Assembly (NCBI GenBank): GCA_046045965.1
Contig: JBJOKS010000017.1
Coordinates: 1-64,000, forward strand
From: Cyanobacteriota bacterium
Lineage (GTDB): Bacteria; Cyanobacteriota; Cyanobacteriia; Cyanobacteriales; Nostocaceae
Reading direction: 5' to 3'
DNA: 64,000 nt
Both the position numbers and the translations under genes were made by a program. Positions 60,433-64,000 of this stretch are shown one piece after another (the stretch's first letter is position 1; each line of letters begins with the position of its first letter). A model generated the notes under the pieces. That model was not told the origin of the DNA. It worked only from the letters and a program-made list of their open reading frames with translations, and ran no database searches.

Positions 60433-63400
60433 TTAGACAACTAAAGTGAAATCACTACTACTGAGAGTGAGATCAGGATTAGCTAAATAAGCAAATTCAA
60501 ACACAGAAGCTGCACCCAAACTACTACCATTTTGGTTATAGAAAATACTGCCAGTTTCTTGACTATAAACAATGCGAGCATTACTAGCATCAACTAACCC
60601 ATCATTTGCGACAACAGCAAAGTCGCTTAACGCTTGTCCAGCAGCATTGGTAATAGCATTGAATGTAGCTCTACTCAGTACAATCTTATCTTGTCCAACT
60701 ACAAAATCGATAATCCCATCAACACCTAAATTAGCATTAAATGCTCCACTTCCTTGGAAGAGAAATTGATCATTACCAGTTCCACCTATGAGGATATCAT
60801 CACCCAGTCCTCCTAACAAGGTATCATTTCCTGCTAAACCTTGTAGTTGGTCATTTCCGTTACCACCAACCAGCAGATTATTTAAAGAATTACCTGTCAG
60901 ACGGTCATTACCTGTTCCACCTGTGGCATTTTCAATGACATTATTAGCAGAAAGAACAAGTCGCAAATTACTATTAACAGTCTGTGCGGTTGTGACACGC
61001 AGATTTACTTTGACAGCACCAGTAGTACCAGTAAAATCGAGAGTATCATTACCACCTGTTACAGTTTCTGTAATTCTGTCAGTTCCTAAAGCCGAATTGG
61101 CAACAAAAGCATAAGTATCATTACCATTTAAACCTGCAAGAGTGTTGTTACCACTATTACCGCTGAGAATATTATTGCCAGTATTACCAGTACCATTAAT
61201 AGCCGATGTTCCTGTTAAAGCCAGGTTTTCCACACCTGCGGGTAAAGTGGTGGTGGTAGAGGAAGTTAGGGTATCGGTAATAGTAGTGGTAGCAGTCCTT
61301 CTAGTTCCTAAAACAGCATTGACGGGAGAACTCAGTGTGACTGTAAAGTTTTCATTCGCTTCATTGATGGCATCATTGAGAATAGGGATAATAATGGTTT
61401 GAGTGGTTTGTCCTGGGTTAAATGTCAAGGTTCCGCTTCTGCTGCTATAGTCTGACCCTGCTCTAGCAGTACCATTACTGGTGGTAAATTGAACAGTAAT
61501 AGTTTGGGTACTGGCGCTAGAAAGAGTAACGTTATAGGTAACATTTTGGGAGTTAGTTCTACCTTCAACTACTGTCTGGTTAGGACTGAGGTTAATAGTA
61601 ATTGACGAACTATCATCATTATTAATTGTACCTTGACCTTGACCATCGGCAATAGTGGCATTTACGGCGTTACTCAGGTTAACAAAGAATGTCTCATTAG
61701 CCTCAACTATGGTATCGCCAATAATGGGTATTGTGATGGTTTTCGTAGTTTCGTTAGTCGCAAACGTCAGAGTCCCAGAAGTGCTGGTAAAGTCGCTACC
61801 TGCGGTGGCCGTACCATTAGCAGTGGTAAAGTTCACAGTGATAGGTTGACTAGCAGCACCGGAACGGGTGACAGTAAATACTAAATTCCGAGTACCACTG
61901 TTACCTTCTGTGATTGATACATCATTAATGGAAAGGGTGGGTAAAGTACCACCAATAGTAATAGCTTGATCAGAAAATTGTACTCTTTCAATGTCCAATA
62001 ATGTATCTATGCCATCACGATTAGAAACTGTATCGGTAATTGTGAAGACTCCTGCGTTATTGGTAATTTGATATTGGGAACGAGTACCAGAGAAAACAGC
62101 AGTATCATTTCCAGTACCACCATAGAGGGTGTCATTACCAACACCACCTACTAACCTATCATCCCCCTGTTCACCAAATAAACGGTCATTTGCTCCATCA
62201 CCTTGTATGGTGTCGTTACCCAAACCACCAAATAAATCATCACTGTTGCTATCTCCTGTTAAGTTGTCATTAGCAACGGTTGTACTAAAAATAAAATCTG
62301 TTGCGTCTATTTCACTGGTATTAAAACCATTGATTCTCAGTCTGTAAGCAAAATCTGGGTTACTTGTGTGGTTTAACCGAGCAGCAATGACAAAATTATC
62401 TTCAGCATCATTGCTGGTGAGAAAAGAGAGTGTTTGCGAGTCAGCAATCCTAATTGTTCTCAAATCAATTTTATCTTGTCCCCTGACAAAATCAGCAACT
62501 ACATCTAAATCTTGGGCAAGAGTAAAATCATCGAAATATTCAAAGACAAATGTATCATTTCCAGCACCACCATAGAGGGTATCGCTACCGAGTCCTCCCA
62601 GTAACCTATCATCCCCCTGTTCACCAAATAAACGGTCATTTCCTCCATCACCTTGTATGGTGTCGTTACCCAAACCACCAAATAAATCATCACTGTTGCT
62701 ATCTCCTGTTAAGTTGTCATTAGCAACGGTTGTACTAAAAATAAAATCTGTTGCGTCTATTTCACTGGTATTAAAACCATTGATTCTCAGTCTGTAAGCA
62801 AAATCTGGGTTACTTGTGTGGTTTAACCGAGCAGCAATGACAAAATTATCTTCAGCATCATTGCTGGTGAGAAAAGAGAGTGTTTGCGAGTCAGCAATCC
62901 TAATTGTTCTCAAATCAATTTTATCTTGTCCCCTGACAAAATCAGCAACTACATCTAAATCTTGGGCAAGAGTAAAATCATCGAAATATTCAAAGACAAA
63001 TGTATCATTTCCAGCACCACCATAGAGGGTATCGCTACCGAGTCCTCCCAGTAACCTATCATCCCCCTGTTCACCAAATAATCGGTCATTTGCTCCACCA
63101 CCTTGTATGGTGTCGTTACCCAAACCACCAAATAAGTCATCACTGTTGCTAGTTCCTGTTAAATTGTCATTAGCAACGGTTGTACTGAAAATAAAATCTG
63201 TTGCGTCTATTTGAGTCGTATTAAAACCATTGATTCTCAGTCTGTAAGCAAAATCTGGGTTACTTGTGTGGTTTAACCGAGCAGCAATGACAAAATTATC
63301 TTCAGCATCATTGCTGGTGAGAAAAGATAATGTTTGTGAGTCAGCAATTCTAATTGTTCTCAAATCAATTTTATCTTGTCCCCTGACAAAATCAGTAACG

Positions 63401-64000
63401 ATATCTAAATCTTGGGCAAGAGTAAAATCATTGAAATATTCAAAGACAAATGTATCGTTTCCAGCACCACCTATGAGGCTATCAGAACCCAAACCCCCAA
63501 ATAATTGATCATTTCCACCCAAACCAGACAGTGTATCATTACCGGCTAAACCTTGAATGACATCATCACCCGATGTTCCTTCAATAGAGTCACTACCTGA
63601 TGTTCCCTGCTGCTCTACCTGAATAACTTGGCCATTTACGGTAATTGTGGCTGAATCATCTTCTGCTTGTAAAGCTTGTAAGGTTGCAGCATCCAAACTG
63701 TTACCCAGTACCAACTCAGCAAAAATTGCCCCTTCATCTCCAGCACTGTCCAAGGTATTAATTTGAGCATCTACAAAATGCCCAATTTCCTCTAATAAAA
63801 CTCTACTAATATCTGCTGGTGTAGCGTTAGCAACAAAGGTATTTGACAGATATATCTTATTCGTGCTACTTGCATAAGCGCCGTTAGCAGTTCCCAGAAT
63901 GCTACTATCCAGAATTTCAATTTGCGGAAGTTGACTAAAATCACCAGTTTGCCACTGTAAACGTAGAATTTCCGCGACACTGCTGTTGTATTGCGTACCA
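60433..64000 (-). CDS. Large RTX/Calx-beta calcium-binding secreted protein (5' end beyond the window)
   Basis: GGxGxD nonapeptides, two Calx-beta domains; frame stays open upstream of 63753 to the window end (...LLEEIGHFVDAQIN...). Confidence 0.9.
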   Translation of the reverse strand, partial: GTQYNSSVAEILRLQWQTGDFSQLPQIEILDSSILGTANGAYASSTNKIYLSNTFVANATPADISRVLLEEIGHFVDAQINTLDSAGDEGAIFAELVLGNSLDAATLQALQAEDDSATITVNGQVIQVEQQGTSGSDSIEGTSGDDVIQGLAGNDTLSGLGGNDQLFGGLGSDSLIGGAGNDTFVFEYFNDFTLAQDLDIVTDFVRGQDKIDLRTIRIADSQTLSFLTSNDAEDNFVIAARLNHTSNPDFAYRLRINGFNTTQIDATDFIFSTTVANDNLTGTSNSDDLFGGLGNDTIQGGGANDRLFGEQGDDRLLGGLGSDTLYGGAGNDTFVFEYFDDFTLAQDLDVVADFVRGQDKIDLRTIRIADSQTLSFLTSNDAEDNFVIAARLNHTSNPDFAYRLRINGFNTSEIDATDFIFSTTVANDNLTGDSNSDDLFGGLGNDTIQGDGGNDRLFGEQGDDRLLGGLGSDTLYGGAGNDTFVFEYFDDFTLAQDLDVVADFVRGQDKIDLRTIRIADSQTLSFLTSNDAEDNFVIAARLNHTSNPDFAYRLRINGFNTSEIDATDFIFSTTVANDNLTGDSNSDDLFGGLGNDTIQGDGANDRLFGEQGDDRLVGGVGNDTLYGGTGNDTAVFSGTRSQYQITNNAGVFTITDTVSNRDGIDTLLDIERVQFSDQAITIGGTLPTLSINDVSITEGNSGTRNLVFTVTRSGAASQPITVNFTTANGTATAGSDFTSTSGTLTFATNETTKTITIPIIGDTIVEANETFFVNLSNAVNATIADGQGQGTINNDDSSSITINLSPNQTVVEGRTNSQNVTYNVTLSSASTQTITVQFTTSNGTARAGSDYSSRSGTLTFNPGQTTQTIIIPILNDAINEANENFTVTLSSPVNAVLGTRRTATTTITDTLTSSTTTTLPAGVENLALTGTSAINGTGNTGNNILSGNSGNNTLAGLNGNDTYAFVANSALGTDRITETVTGGNDTLDFTGTTGAVKVNLRVTTAQTVNSNLRLVLSANNVIENATGGTGNDRLTGNSLNNLLVGGNGNDQLQGLAGNDTLLGGLGDDILIGGTGNDQFLFQGSGAFNANLGVDGIIDFVVGQDKIVLSRATFNAITNAAGQALSDFAVVANDGLVDASNARIVYSQETGSIFYNQNGSSLGAASVFEFAYLANPDLTLSSSDFTLVV
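62100..63500. repeat. Three tandem 450-bp intragenic repeats
   Basis: Identical blocks recur at a 450-nt period (e.g. 62581 and 63031). Confidence 0.92.

Noticed and set aside
63792..63980. Separate 62-aa ORF, and the 63753 start for the RTX gene
   Set aside because: The RTX frame is open through this region to the window end

Overview
Chromosomal window from a filamentous cyanobacterium, most likely Nostocales (heptamer STRR tandem repeats, many HIP1 GCGATCGC octamers, psbA, sigA, hli, HCP/CTDH genes). It is mostly core genes: psbA 5' end, cofG, a wzc-wza-cyanoexosortase B-DegT envelope locus, ictB, smpB, murB/murC, nadD, gap2, thiL, miaA, an intein-containing gyrB, sigA, a gyrA/parC paralog, a TetR-regulated MacAB-like ABC exporter, arfB, queG and the 3' part of a large RTX/Calx-beta protein. 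Two AT-rich accessory islands stand out. (1) 13.9-17.6 kb: an Hna-like SF2 helicase/PD-(D/E)XK nuclease next to a decayed holA paralog. (2) 28.9-38.6 kb: a frameshifted orphan higA followed by a 7-gene operon, vWA-vWA-CAP-TerY-PP2C-Ser/Thr kinase-unknown. This extended TerY-phosphorylation module is the best candidate for an undescribed defence or stress system. Non-coding highlights: a yybP-ykoY Mn riboswitch, a 190-bp gene-less IS200/IS605 derivative that appears to retain a TnpB omegaRNA scaffold and its own promoter, and inverted ~100-bp repeats bracketing an HCP gene. All calls are by eye from motifs; no searches were run.
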